Origin: Dirinaria sp. TL-2023a
Lineage: Eukaryota
NCBI GenBank assembly: GCA_051941275.1
Contig: JAVEBF010000046.1
Location: forward strand, 1-40,454
Length of the DNA stretch: 40,454 nt
Direction of reading: 5' to 3'
Part shown: in pieces, positions 21,908-35,000 of the stretch
How the letters are laid out: each line of letters opens with the position of its first letter
How positions within the stretch are numbered: the first letter of the stretch is position 1
The notes under the pieces: model-generated
What the model saw: the letters and a program-made list of their open reading frames with translations, nothing else
What the model was told of the DNA's origin: nothing
Database searches by the model: none
Translations under genes and position numbers: made by a program

Positions 21908-22499
21908 AAACATCCTCACCACCAAAATACCTTTCACCACCACTAAATAATTTGCTGCTTCTAAGAGCTTCAGATGCATCAATCCAAGAGATAAATCTGA
22001 AACATATTTTTTTTTTTTTTTTTCCAAATGCACAGAATTCCATGTCCAATGATTTGCTGAAATTGCGTTATAGATGTAGAGGATTATTCGGCGTCTGTCT
22101 TCGATCTACTCGTATCCTTTTGCTGTCTCTCAGGATTTTGATGTAGCCCGCTTCTACATACTCTGGCGAAAGAACGGGATTTCAACAAAATAACGGTTTC
22201 ACGAAATGTTGATGGATCGATTTCTTCATGAAAATGTGTGCCATCGTCGAATCGATAAATGGTTAAAAGCCTTTGATTTTTTGTTTTGGAAAAAGACCGC
22301 GACGCGAGAGAAAAAAAAGGGGATGAAACTTTTGAGAAAAAAAGACATTTTTGATATTAGTACGACAATAAAAGGAAAGATACCTGTCTAAATGAAAAAC
22401 ACCAAAGTAATTATAAAACCCAGACCCAGTTCCAGAAAAACGCCAGCGCTACCACAAAAACACAAAGCAAAAAACAAAAACAGAAAAATCCACAAAGCT

Positions 22500-23522
22500 T
22501 CAAAAACTCCGTCTCCGCCGCATGAGCCTGGACTCGAGGACGGAGTCCCAGTACTCGAGCGACCCATCCAAAATCCTCCTCCCGCTGGGCGTATGCGTAA
22601 CCTCGCCCTCGGCCCAGTCCAGCACAACCTTTTCCTCCTCCTCCAGCTCCCCCTCATCCAGGCTGTGCACGACGACAGTCTCGCCATCGCTACTCAACCC
22701 CTCCTCTTCCCCACCGTCATCACTAACCTCCCCCCTAAGAACCGCATCCCTGATGGCGGCTTCAGCAAGCGGTAAATAGCGCCTCAGCACCGCTCGACGA
22801 CCCACCATAACAACTTCATCCGCGCGCTCCTCTGCGCGGCGGATCTCGGCCACCATCTCCCCCACCCCGCGATGATCTTCCTCTTCGATCGCGCGCTCCA
22901 GCTCTGCGATCGAGAACCCTTCCCTTCCTAGCCCGCATGTGGATCCCCTACATCCTGAGATGCCGCCGCACCCGAACCCAACGCGCGTGATCTGCACGTT
23001 TGGGTCCGCTGCTCCGCCCTGCTCGGGGTTCGGGGGAGCGAGGTAGAGGCTTGGACGCGCGAAGATGGTGGCTAGCTGCGGCAGCGTTGGTTCTTGGTCC
23101 TCGTCCTCGTCCTCCTCCGTGGTGCTGCTTGTCAGGTGCCGCTGCCCCGAGGGTAGGAAGAAGATCCCGTCGCCCTCTTGCCCTTCCTCCGCCCCCAAAG
23201 AAGCCCGTAGGAAAAACGGGTTCGCCTCCTCTCGGTCCGAGAACCGGCTCCAGCCCTCGTATGCGCGGCGTTCGGCGGCGAGGCTTGGGTGCGCCGTCAG
23301 CGCACGCAGAGGGAGCGTCGTCGCCGGGAAGACGGGTGGACAGGCTTGTGGAATCGGGATTGGCGGTGGGAAAGGCATGTTGCGTCGCCGGTTCGCTTCT
23401 TCTTGGTCGTGGTACCGGTGCAGCAGGGATTGGAGGGGTGTGCAGTGTGAGTTTACGGTGCGGTCCAGGTTGAGAGTGTAGTGCCCGCAGGCACTGTGGA
23501 ATGTGTAGTGCCAGATACACAT
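22500..23522 (-). CDS. Hypothetical protein (~340 aa) with an N-terminal MC-x-CxH-x-C Cys/His motif and an acidic C-terminus
   Basis: Long GC-rich ORF; first in-frame ATG at 23522 (AAAATG context) gives MCIWHYTFHSACGHYTLNLDRTVNSHC... Confidence 0.65.
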   Translation of the reverse strand: MCIWHYTFHSACGHYTLNLDRTVNSHCTPLQSLLHRYHDQEEANRRRNMPFPPPIPIPQACPPVFPATTLPLRALTAHPSLAAERRAYEGWSRFSDREEANPFFLRASLGAEEGQEGDGIFFLPSGQRHLTSSTTEEDEDEDQEPTLPQLATIFARPSLYLAPPNPEQGGAADPNVQITRVGFGCGGISGCRGSTCGLGREGFSIAELERAIEEEDHRGVGEMVAEIRRAEERADEVVMVGRRAVLRRYLPLAEAAIRDAVLRGEVSDDGGEEEGLSSDGETVVVHSLDEGELEEEEKVVLDWAEGEVTHTPSGRRILDGSLEYWDSVLESRLMRRRRSF

Positions 23523-23889
23523 TTTCGATGGCTTGGCTTGTCGTGGAGGGAGGGAGGGAGGATGTGGTGGTGTGTTTGGGTGGAGAGGGAAAGAGAGGTA
23601 AGGTTGCTCTTTTGATGGAGAGAGCAAGGGGAAAAGAGGAGAAGTAGGTGGTGGTAGAGCTGTTGCAATTGTCTTCAAAAGCTCTGGAGATCTAGAAGCT
23701 CGAGATGAATTTGTTTCTCTCAGTAAATCGATGCCAGAAGAAGGAAGCTGGAATCCGCTGCTGAAGCAAAGAAAAGAAAAGAAAAGAGAAAGCGAACGAA
23801 AGAAAGCGTGCTTAAAAAGACGAGGGGAGAAATGTGTTGGCGCCTTCGTCGGCCATCAGAAGTGACGTGCGCGAGAACACATCCTGAGA

Positions 23890-25079
23890 CATGCCATGTG
23901 TTGCGATAGCAAAGAAAACAAAGGGAGTTGATTCGCCTTGTTCCTTATCTTCCGCCCGCCTGTCCGCCTCTTTGAAAGGTGTTGTGCGAACAATGGTGTT
24001 GTCTGTGTGTTCCTGTGTGCTTCTGCTTATGTGTGTGCGAAGAAAGCACGTGGTTGGGTTCGGAGGTAGGTATTGAGTACAGAGGGGTGTTCTTGGAAAG
24101 GGGGGAAAGGAGAAGGAGAGGTGGGTTCTGGCATACCGAAGATGTGTGTTGAAAGGGGGAGGAGGATTGCTGAGAGCTGAGCTGAGCTATTGAGAAAAGA
24201 GGACGCAGCGAGGTAAGTTCTTGTACCTGCTTGAAAGTTCTGAAGCAGGTCGGCACTGTGTTTTTGGAAAGTGTGGTTCGTTCTCCTGACTCTCGTGGGC
24301 GTCGTCTTTTGTTTTGGTGAGAATAGGGGGAGGAAATTCGAGGAAATTTGCAGGCAGCGTTTTTCGAATAGCTCAAGATATATTTCTTTCTCCGCTGCTT
24401 GCGCAAAGCTTTCCTCCTCCTCCTTTTCTTTCTTGCCACCTGCGTAGCGTATACGGTAGCTTTGTAGTAAATGCAAAAAAATAAATGTAACAATAGTAAT
24501 AATGAAGGTATACTTATACGATAGAGGGCGATAAGATATCCGTGACCCGATTCAATCAATTCAGAGTCACATCTTCGCCGATTATGAGTATTGTATTGCC
24601 AGCACGCACGCACATATATACTCTTCGATGCAATGTATGCGTCATGAGAAAGCTCGCTAGCTTAGCTATTTATTACTCCTAGAGTAAGTAAGCATCCTGA
24701 AGGTGGATTAGGAGGCGGAGGGACTCAGACCGAGGTTGTGAAGTTCGTTTCGTTCGTAGGTCACTGACTTTCGGAGAGCTGGAACCTCGAGAGCGTGATG
24801 GATGGGATTATTTATGAGTTGAGTTGAGTCTGTGGGTCTTTGGATTTGAGATTTTGTTTGATGGTTGGGGGCAGGGGAGATATGCTTCTGAGATTGAATA
24901 TTCGGTGGGTCGATGGGAGATATTGGAAGGGTGCTCTGAAGAGCTAGTGCTGAAAGACTCGATTTGAGGAATGTTTCTGGTGGGGGTTTGGATAGTTTTG
25001 ATTTTGTTGCGGAATATTGGATTGCGGAGAGTAGGTTGTGGATATTTTTGATGGTCTGAAAGAAAGAATGGATGATGCG

Positions 25080-25113
<34 letters not shown>

Positions 25114-25900
25114 CTGTTGGTATGAGGAAGATGTAGTGAAGGAGAGCATGAATATCTGGTTTATCGGCTCGGTGTCTACACGGTGCGAATGATGGATGAT
25201 GTTATTTCGTGGACTTGTGGGTAGAGAAGGAGGTTCTGAGGTTGATGTTGGTGTGTGTGAGATGTGAGCTTTTCAGCGCTGGTTTTGCATCATTTCTTTG
25301 TATTGTGTAGAGTATGCCAGGTATTAGTTCAGCTTCTTTCCATATGCGGGTCGTAATGGCTCTTCATTCAGAGATTGTTCGATGTCGAGCGGAGATCTTG
25401 GTAGTGATTCTTAAAGAGGTGGCAATGCTTTGCTGGCCTTCATCCTTGATAGCTGCGATGGACGAAACGAAATTAACGGTGCTAACACATCTTTCTAGTA
25501 AATTGGAGATTGCTCATAAGCTCAGGCCCCATGGATCAGAGGTGTAAAGGCTTGAGAATGATCAGGACTGCATAGATGCTGTTAAGCGATGGAATTGAAG
25601 AAGCGGTATGTGGTAAACTTCGGCATAAATGTAGCCACCGATATCGGCGCTTACGCTGGGAACTCCTGCCCTCAGGATGGATGAATGAAAGCGGAGGTTC
25701 TGTGTGAAGTTCTGGCTATGGAGCCAATAGTCCGGAATCCTGGAATGAATGAAGTAATATTCTTTGCTGGTGTGTTTAGAAACGCTTCTTCGACAATAGA
25801 ATTGATTATAGAGCGGTTTTTAAGTGTTTGAGATGTTCCAAGTGCTCTCTGTATCTGACATCAATATTGCATAGTAGGGCTGAAGAAAAGAGATGGAGAT
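23890..25900 (-). pseudogene. Probable decayed coding sequence, unidentified
   Basis: Protein-like minus-strand stretches (e.g. RIPDYWLHSQNFTQNLRFHSSILRAGVPSVSADIGGYIYAEVYH, AQAAEKEIYLELFEKRCLQI) broken by stops, frameshifts and a T31 run at 25083-25113. Confidence 0.3.
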
Positions 25901-26401
25901 GGAATGAATCATTCTCCACGGATTTGAGAGTGCTTCATTATCTCAAAAGGAACAGTCCAATAAAAGGTAGTAAGACAGAGTTGAACTATGGAAGAACATG
26001 TAGGAATGGTGTTTTTTCTCTTATTATGCAGAAATAAAGAGAGAAAAATCTACGGGGGCAGTTATTAGCGAAAGCTCCATAGTAAAGGGTTTGACCTACT
26101 ATTCCCATCTGTTCACTCTTCAAAGCACGAAAGAAGAGAAAAAAAATCTAATGTTACAGTCTCTCCCCCATAGCCCATCATTACAATTACCCAAATGAGT
26201 ATTTTAAAGAAGCCTGCTCATGTGCTAGATGATGGCCATGTATAATAAAGAGACGAAACAGGCGAATAGTCGTCCCCAGCCATAGCTAGCCGAATAAACA
26301 CCTCCGGCACCTCGTACTGGCAGTGCACTTCTGCAGATCTCTTTAGCAAGGTGTCAAGGTGCGACTCAGAAAGCCTACTTTGAGTAGAAGGTACCTCCTT
26401 T

Positions 26402-26656
26402 TTATATCCAGCGCCGATTTGCCAGTTTTATAGCACGCTCTCTTTGCCTGCAATCCGAACACAAACCCCTGTGGTATCGCATCGTGATATTGGCGCCAAA
26501 TTCTGGCAGACACGGGTCCCTCCAATCAAAGCAAACACCCTGCTCTCGTGAATCATGAATGCGCATGAGCTGGTCATAGGTTCCAGTGCAATCGTATGCC
26601 GAGAAGAGCTTGTCGTGCCTGCAGCCAAGGAAACAAATCATGTTATAATGGCACAT
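26402..26656 (-). CDS. Small Cys-rich hypothetical protein (84 aa), putative Zn-binding
   Basis: MCHYNMICFLGCRH...C...C...C...CSDC; CACCATG start context; shares the MC-CxH-C layout with 22500-23522. Confidence 0.55.
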   Translation of the reverse strand: MCHYNMICFLGCRHDKLFSAYDCTGTYDQLMRIHDSREQGVCFDWRDPCLPEFGANITMRYHRGLCSDCRQRERAIKLANRRWI

Positions 26657-27801
26657 GGTGAAAAAGGCAGAAACAAACGACGGCGAACTTGTCTTCTGTT
26701 GCTAACTTGAACACGAGAAACTGAAAAGCAGGACACAGGAAGGTATGGACACAGGAACTTCTGGACACCGAGGGACAAAGGAGCATGAGTTTATGAGGTT
26801 GACAGAAGAGTGAGATAAATAGTGGGGTTGACAGTTTGATCGATGAAGTATCAGAAGTGAGAGAGATACAAACACTATAGTGTACAGCTCTGCCATTTCG
26901 GTGTACACTCGTACCTGATGGCTGGATATCCAAGGCTTTCGTGACCGGAAAACCATCTTACATAGCCGATCATTGAGATATTGCGGAAATGATTCGCTAC
27001 AGCGTAGCATGCCAGCATCGTGTCATCGTTTTTGATCACTCTGAAGTCAGAGCATCATCGTCAAACCAGCACGCGCAGGACAAACAAGCAGGATGCTGCG
27101 CCTCGGTCCTGGCTATAAGAAAAAGTTTAAGCTCTCCCACTGAGACCGTCATAGGAGGATGGAGAAACTGTCAAAGTCGTCGTTTCATACCTCGGAGATT
27201 TGTCCCTCAATTGTTTGCTGATTTCATGGTAAGTCTTACGTTGCCCGAGAAGCTGCGCAGCGCAGGATGTCTCTGCTATCGATCGAAGTGTGAAACCCTG
27301 CTGAGATGACAGTTTGTCAGGGCAAAAGGTGACAGATTCAAGATATACGATGCAATGATAGAACATTGTCCACTTTTCAGAGGAGCTTGGACCAATGGAG
27401 CTCACGGCTTGTTGCAGGCTACTCACCCGGCCCCAACCATCGGCTGAGCAACGATACGTCGCTATTTTATTGCGTCACGGTTTTCTGCATGGGAGCATGC
27501 AAATCGTTTGGACCGACCACTTGAAACCCCGTCGGGACTACCCATGACGTACGATAAGATTCGCGATCCAAGATCAGAGCTTGCAGATGTTAGCTGTGCC
27601 AGGTGGCCACCCTCAATAACTCTCCATTAATGTTATACCAATGGTTCGACCTTCCCATGGTGAGCCTTCTCCATCTCCAAGGCCCGTTATGCTAAAGAGC
27701 GAAAAACGCGAAGCAGAGACTTTAGCACTGTGACAGAAGTGCGGAACCAAGAGAACTCCAACAATGCCATCGCTCACCATACCCTCCCTGTACAAATGCG
27801 A

Positions 27802-29282
27802 TCACAAAACAAGCATACCCACAATCGCAACCACTGCCGCGAAGACCGACCCTTGCAATATCCGTTCACTTTTTGGTGGAGCGTTGTTATTATCGGTCTT
27901 GGTTTTACCCCCATTGCCCTGGGAAAACCCTCCGATACCCGTGGATTGAGATCCGGCTGCGCTTGAGGCGCCGCTTCCGCCACCACCACCAGATGATCCA
28001 CTGGAGCCGCCATTTCCGTTGCCTCCACGTGTCCCATCCGTTCCTGGTCCCGCTCCCGTCAATCCTGGCACGGTCGCGACCTGGGTGGCTGAATGTGTGG
28101 ATCCGCTTGCTGAAGCTGAAGCACTTGGGAAATCTTTGTCCATATCGGTACCGGTTCCTAAGAGGGACTTTAAGATGGTCGGATCGTCGGTCACGGCGAT
28201 GGAGCTGTTGATGCCATCTTTCGAGGTGTACCTATAAGACTTCGAACCGGTAACATTTGCACCAGCTGGGGCATCATAGCATTTGACATTGACCTCTTTG
28301 TACATGGCATAGTAGTAGCCATTCTTCTGCACGTCTACGCTGTTCCAATTGATCAGCCCACCTGCCCAGTCCACTGTTCCTTGCCCATTCTTGGACAATC
28401 CTGCAGGCCAAATCGAGAGCTGCACACGCGCCGGTGTCTGAGGATAGTGGTATTGATTGGTCGTTGAATTGAAAGTGTCGCTCTTCTTAAGTGTCCGCAT
28501 CACTGTGCCGTTCACCGCCCATGTCAACTGATCTGGCTGCCAGTTGATGGTGTAGGTATGGTAGCTATCGAAGGTATCCCCTCCAGGCACAGTAAGATTT
28601 TTTTCGTTGTCATCTGCAGTGGTTAGACCTCTACCATATTGCCTCTTGGACCAACTTACAGTCAGTGATACCCTGGAAGTAATAGTTTGACTGGACATTC
28701 GACAGGTCCGCGCCAATGAATTCGAAGTCTATTTCATCTTTGACGTCGGAGAGCAGAATAAATGCCGATACAACTCCGGCTCCGCGACTGGATTTGACAG
28801 TTGCTTCAATCTGACCGTACCAGACGTAGGATGTGCTAGCCAGAAGTGTTCCCGACGCGCTTACTCCATCTTCTGACAAGGTAAGGATGACCTGATCTTC
28901 AAAAACTTTGGGGGTTCCACTCGAGACCCATTGCGATGATGATGGATCCCCCAAGTACTGCGTGTTCGGCGTGATTCCGTTCAGAGAGTTCAACTTGTAG
29001 TCATTGCTGTCGCATACGGGTGCGGGAACACAAGAGTCAAGTGAATTGGAGTAGATGGGATCGCACCCTCCCAAGCAGTATGCGCCAACGCCACACTCGC
29101 CGTATTCTGTATGAAAACCGCCATCAGCTTTGGAAGCTTGGGAGAGTGAAGCAATACGACTCACGAGAACAACACGGTGAATTCGCTGGACATGGGCTAC
29201 CAGGTCCGCATTTGACACCAGTACCAGTCTGGGCACTGACCAAAGACACCACCACACTGGCTAAAGCGAATGAAATCAGCAT
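27802..29282 (-). CDS. UTR2: GH16 chitin transglycosylase, Crh2/Utr2 type, GPI-anchored; exons 29282-29165, 29106-28660, 28613-27802
   Basis: Signal peptide, Cys-rich chitin-binding module CPANSPCCSQYGECGVGAYCLGGC, catalytic DEIDFEF, YPQTPARVQLSIWPAG, Ser/Gly-rich stalk, hydrophobic GPI signal. Confidence 0.9.
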
Positions 29283-32077
29283 CCCGGCGAAGTCGAAAGT
29301 ACACTGGATTAAGAAGAATTTTCGATAGGAAAGGGGCGTTTGCAATGAAGCTGCATAAAACGAGAGGATGGCAGCGAAGGGTTTTAAATGGCTCGTTCTC
29401 CAGCCTCGGGAAGGGTATCGTGGGAGAGTGGATGAGATGACAACGAGTGGCCAAAATCTAGGAAATTACAATACTGAACGAATGAAGCAGGGAGTTATAG
29501 AATGCAAAAGTGAAGAAAGAAAGGTCGTTTTGTTGCTGTGATGCATCTTCTTCGCCGGAATAAAGTCGATCGCCACTCGGCCTGATACGAACAGGGGGGA
29601 CGCCCCCCTGCCCATGATTGGTTGTTTGGCCGCGAGCTTATAATGTTCCGGTTAGAGATAAGGCACCTTAAGGCAAGATATGTACCGTACGTAATGCTGA
29701 ACCCCCATATTTAGGTGGACCCTACCTTAGCTTACTTGACTTTACTCATGCCCGGGTCGCCCCAATAATCCCAAGGGCCCCAAAGTCTTTCGGAATTTTT
29801 TCCGTCAGCCAAGCTTATCAAGGTGGACCCGCTCGACTGGGTACGGAGTATGGATAGACCAGCAATCGGACAATAATGGCACGGCGTGATTATTGGTACC
29901 GAGAAATGTTCCAATGCATACTCCAAGCAACTGCAACCCGCAGACTACTTTACAGACTGGATGTCTCTTTCCAAGTTTTATACTCCCTCTCCCTCTCCTG
30001 CGCTAAATCATGGCGTTCAAAGTATTCTGAATACTTGTAGCCTGTCAATTCTGCTGGCTAAAGACCAACCATTAGAAGCGACCGAGAATGACCATCCGTA
30101 TCAGGTCACGCCGTCGATGCTCTAATCTCACTGAAGAGGAGGCTGATTGACATTGGAGTACATGCTAGACGTGAGATTTGGTTTACACGAAAATAGGAGT
30201 AAATACCCGGCACTGAATATCTGTAACCTACCATACCTAGGGAGCTGGATGCACTGTTGAGCTTCCCATTGACAGGATTTGGTAACGGCAGTTGATGCTT
30301 CAAGTTTCGTCGCTACAGCCTTTGTCTATATCCGAGCTAGAAGATGAAGTGTAGGACAGTGTATGTTCTCGACAAGAGCTTTCGCGATAATAATTCGACT
30401 TGAGCCAAGGTTCTCAATCAATGAGAGTATGCCTGACTGTTCTGATGATGGGAAAGACTAGTGTACTGCGTATATTGCCTTACGCATACTGTGTACACTA
30501 CCCGCTGTAGTACTCTTGACGTTGACCATGAATTCAGCGTTTGCAAGCCTCGCTTGATATGTTCAGAAAGCTCCCGCAGAACTTGAGACTATGAAAAATT
30601 TTTCTCATGAGCTCGGTGGGAATAAATCAAAAGGCAATACTGAACAGCTGTCGAAAGAGATGCTCCCTTTACACCAATCTTCATCACGAAACAGCCAGTT
30701 CCATTGAATGGAGATGAGTTGCAGATGCGATGAGCGTTGCAATTGGGCACGCAGTTCAGAACATCCATCGCGTAAGCAAGTTTTTCTGACGCCTAAAATC
30801 TGGAAAAATCAAGAATGGGAAAATTCAAGAATCTCATTCGCGTTTCTAATTTTGAACAGATATGATCTGGTTGAGAAGGGTGAATACCACCTCACTGAAG
30901 CTCAGACGATGATGCATCAGCCTTTGTGTGTATTAAGGATCGACAAGCTGTCTCGTCAGCCTTTCACCCTTACTCAGGTAGGTAATGTAGTCGAAAGGAC
31001 GGTCCGTGCGGGTGCCTAATGGAAGACGTTGCAGATGATGGCTGCGGGATTGGCAATGCAAATTTTCTTAAAGCTACAGGATGTACTAACTGATCCGGCA
31101 ATGCTTCGTGCTTTCGGTACCGGATTGTCATTGAAAAGTGGGATGAGGTGTTCTGGGAGGTATCTATGGTAAGGGTTAGGGGTATTGATCGCAAAGGGTC
31201 CATTCTTACATCCCAGTATAAGCGGAGGTTTACATTGCGACTCTTTCGACTGTTAGTGAAGTACCCCAACAAGGGTTCGTCATCCTGCTTGGCTTGTAGA
31301 ATGCCCCCAAATGCCATCAATATTCTCAAATACTGCAGTACAATTGCTCAAGTACTTTTAGTACTTATAGGCACTCGTACTCCGACTTGGCATCGAAATT
31401 TAAGCGTGCGGGCCGTCAAGCTTTCTGTCCTAAGCTACCTTGCCTTGCCTAAAGTACGGTAGTGAGCGCATCTTAGTGGTGTTCTAGGCTTTCCTTTCCC
31501 CGTCGCCCATTGTTGCTGCCGAGTCGTGCCAGCTGAATTGAACCCTTAAAACTCCAAGCGACCACATTCTGCGTTAGCTCTCCTACTTTACCTTACTCCG
31601 TACTTTGAATAAACATGATGCAGGCCACGGGAGCAGCACCAATTCACAGCTGTCTCTATGCCTTCTCCCTTCACATTCCTTGAGCTCGCTCCTGTACATC
31701 GGTAAATCGCCAACATTGAATCGCATTCGCCACTCCTCCACCTTCAGACTAACTCATACCAGCCTTGTTGCGGTTCCGGACCGGCCGGTGCCAGTTCTCC
31801 TGTCAGCCTAGGACTACTATCAACGCCCGCTTCGAATTGGGTCTCCAAATCTTCGACTGTGGATTGACTGTCGACAGAATCAAGATAATAATGCTATAGC
31901 TTGGCTGGCGGATGATATGGTGAAATACAATCTCGATACTGGGCCATTCTGTGTCATGCCCTGCGATCGAGCAGCAGTCGTATCGTACAAACACGGCTGT
32001 CGGCGTGGTTGAGCCGGCATTGGAGGTCCAACGAACGACAATCACGGTGTTTGCTGCTTGCAGAAACCAATCTCGCT

Positions 32078-35000
32078 ATGCGAATCCCTATCCGAGAGCA
32101 ATTGGGCTTGCTTGTCCTGCTTTCCTCCTTGATAGCGCTGGCAGTGGTCGCAATCGCAACAGTAATGACCCAACTCCCTTTGCTCTCTACTACGGTCGGT
32201 TTTACTGATACAAGCTTGCAGTGGATCACTAACTACCATTTTGTTATCGGCATAAGGTTAGCGGGCACTCAACGAACACGGCAATTCGCCATGCTATTTA
32301 TCACTGACGTTGCTTCCCCTGTAGGTCCTCCAACCTTTCGCTCGTCGCATCACTGTACGCGAGCCAACTCTATTCCAATCTGTTCCTGCTGCAAACAGCT
32401 ATCGCAGCTACGTCGACGCGGATTCTCATCCAGAGTGCTTTGCAACGCTACAACAATGGTAATAATACTGCGGCGAACTGGGTACGCGCCAGCACCGATC
32501 TACAGACGGGCATCGGGGGAGGTGGTTTGTTAAGCTCACTCCTTCAAGCGCGTATAGTGTCGAAGAACGGAACAGGCGTTGGCGGACCGTATGGCCTCAT
32601 CAACGTAACTGCTACACTCCCAGCGCCGATACTGCTCCCGGGGACACATGCCAATGGCACTCCGGTCCATTTGGGGGATCCGGGCGATGACGGGCTAGGT
32701 TTTCCTCCAATATTGTACCCGAACCTCACCTTCACCTCCACGGTAGTGAACAGCACGTTCAACAGATCCACCGCTTTCTTCAATGGAAAACAGCTGTATG
32801 AGAATACCACACTATTCCTAGGACCTATTATACTCAATGAAACGTTTGCCTTGGCTTCAATAACCGTGCCAATCAATAACAATACCTCACAATCAGACGT
32901 CCTTGGTTGGCTAACAGTGATTCTAAACTGTCATACGATCTTCGAAATTCTGAACTCTGTTGAAGGCCTGGGCGACACTGGTCAAGTACTCATCGTTGGT
33001 CCTGCTACGCCGGAGAACAGGCTCTTAGGGAGTCCAGAATTTGACGATGGCAGTAGTCTCATAAGTAGAGCATCAGCGGCTTCGGAGCTTGTCAGCTTTG
33101 TCTTGCCTCCAAGCCACAACTCCTCACGGACTACAAAGCAGGCGTCTCATCTCTACGGCAATGCGAACACACCATTTCAAATGCAACAATATCCTGCCGT
33201 GCTCGATGCATTCACGAAACAAAACGGAGTAGATAGGAATGCTGGAAGTAAAATATCCTCTAGGAACGAGGATGGCAAGACTGTTTCTGTCGGCTATGCT
33301 CTTCCTATGTCTGCGATGGTCGACTGGGCTTTGTTGGTCGAGCAATCGCATGCCGAGGTCACCTCTCCCATCAGTCGCCTTCGCAACATTCTATTGGCCT
33401 GCGTTTTCGGTACGACCGGCGTCCTGCTCCTCCTGGTACTACCGGTTGCGCACCTATCAGTAAGGCCCATACGGAGATTACGTGCAGCAACGAAGAAAAC
33501 CGTCGAGCCATACCAATATCCGTCTGACGATCATAGTATCAGATCTTCCACCTCTGGAGACACTGGTGGCTTAGACTCCGGTGAGGATGAGAATCTGGCA
33601 GCAGAAGCGCGCAAGGAAGGATTTTTTGGTAGAATTACTACATGGCGAAGCAGACACAGAAAGAAGAAGGTGGAGAAGGAACAACTGCGACGGTCACAGA
33701 CTTTTCGTATACCTGGAAAGGTCAAAGATCGGAAGCATTTCGTGCAAGATGAATTGACCGACCTCACCAAGACCTTTAACGAGATGGCTGAAGAACTGAT
33801 GATGCAGTATGAACGTCTGGAGCAGAGGGTTAAGGAACGCACACAAGAGCTTGAAATCAGTAAAAGGGCCGCTGAAGCTGCAAACGAGAGCAAAACGCTC
33901 TTCATCGCAAACATTTCTCACGAACTCAAGACACCTCTCAATGGAATCCTCGGAATGTGCGCAGTCTGCATGCAAGAGGAGGAACCGACGAAGATCAAAC
34001 GTTCACTCAATATCATATACAAATCAGGCGACTTGTTACTTCATCTCTTGACCGACCTTCTGACTTTCTCCAAGAATCAAATTGGCCAGCAGCTTACCTT
34101 GGAAGAGCGCGAGTTCCGGTTGGCTGATGTCAGCTCGCAAGTACTGTCAATATTTGATAAGCAAGCTAGAGATGGTTCCATCAATTTCAATTTACACTTC
34201 CAAGGGCCGCTTGATAATCAAGACGCCACAACCACCAACTCTCTTCAAAGCGGGCTTGGCCCATTCGGAATTGGTCGTGTTCGGGATATGTGTGTCTGGG
34301 GCGACCAGCATAGAATCTTACAAGTCATTATCAACCTCGTTAGCAATAGCTTGAAGTTCACGCCGCCTGGTGGCAGTGTCCAGGTTCGGATCAGATGCAC
34401 AGGCGAAGTGCCAGAGAGGGCAGAAAGCCGCAAAGGATCACTCAATTCCAAAAAGTCAAAACAAGCGTCCTCAAGAGGGTCGAAGCGCCGAGGTCGCTTG
34501 ACTTCCGCTGGCAGCTCCTCAGCATCACCTAAAATTATGAACCGGGGAAATTCAGACTATTCAGACACTGCGCTCCAAATCAACGGGGCGGAGCCAAAGA
34601 CTATCGCGTCCGTCCAAGTTCTCGAGCGTTCTTCGTCACCGCCTCCTATCGGTGCCAAAGAACTCATGTTCGAGTTTGAAGTCGAAGATACAGGTCCTGG
34701 CATACCGGAGGGTCAGCAACAACGTGTGTTTGAACCATTCGTGCAGGGAGACCTTGGGCTAAGCAAGAAGTATGGCGGAACTGGTCTTGGATTGAGTATC
34801 TGCTCCCAATTGGCGGGTCTCATGCGAGGCTCAATATCACTTAAGAGCGAGGTTGGAGTTGGCTCAAAATTCACTATGCGGATACCGCTCCTTTATACGA
34901 AAGAGCGGGCAGACAGCTTGCGCAGCTCGAATGCGAATCCTGATTCTCAGCGAAACAGTATCAATCTCGGTACCGGTAGAGAGGACAGTAACACGCACAC

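Noticed and set aside
22392..23520. Several 85-190 aa ORFs overlapping the hypothetical gene
   Set aside because: GC-rich shadows of the 22500-23522 frame.
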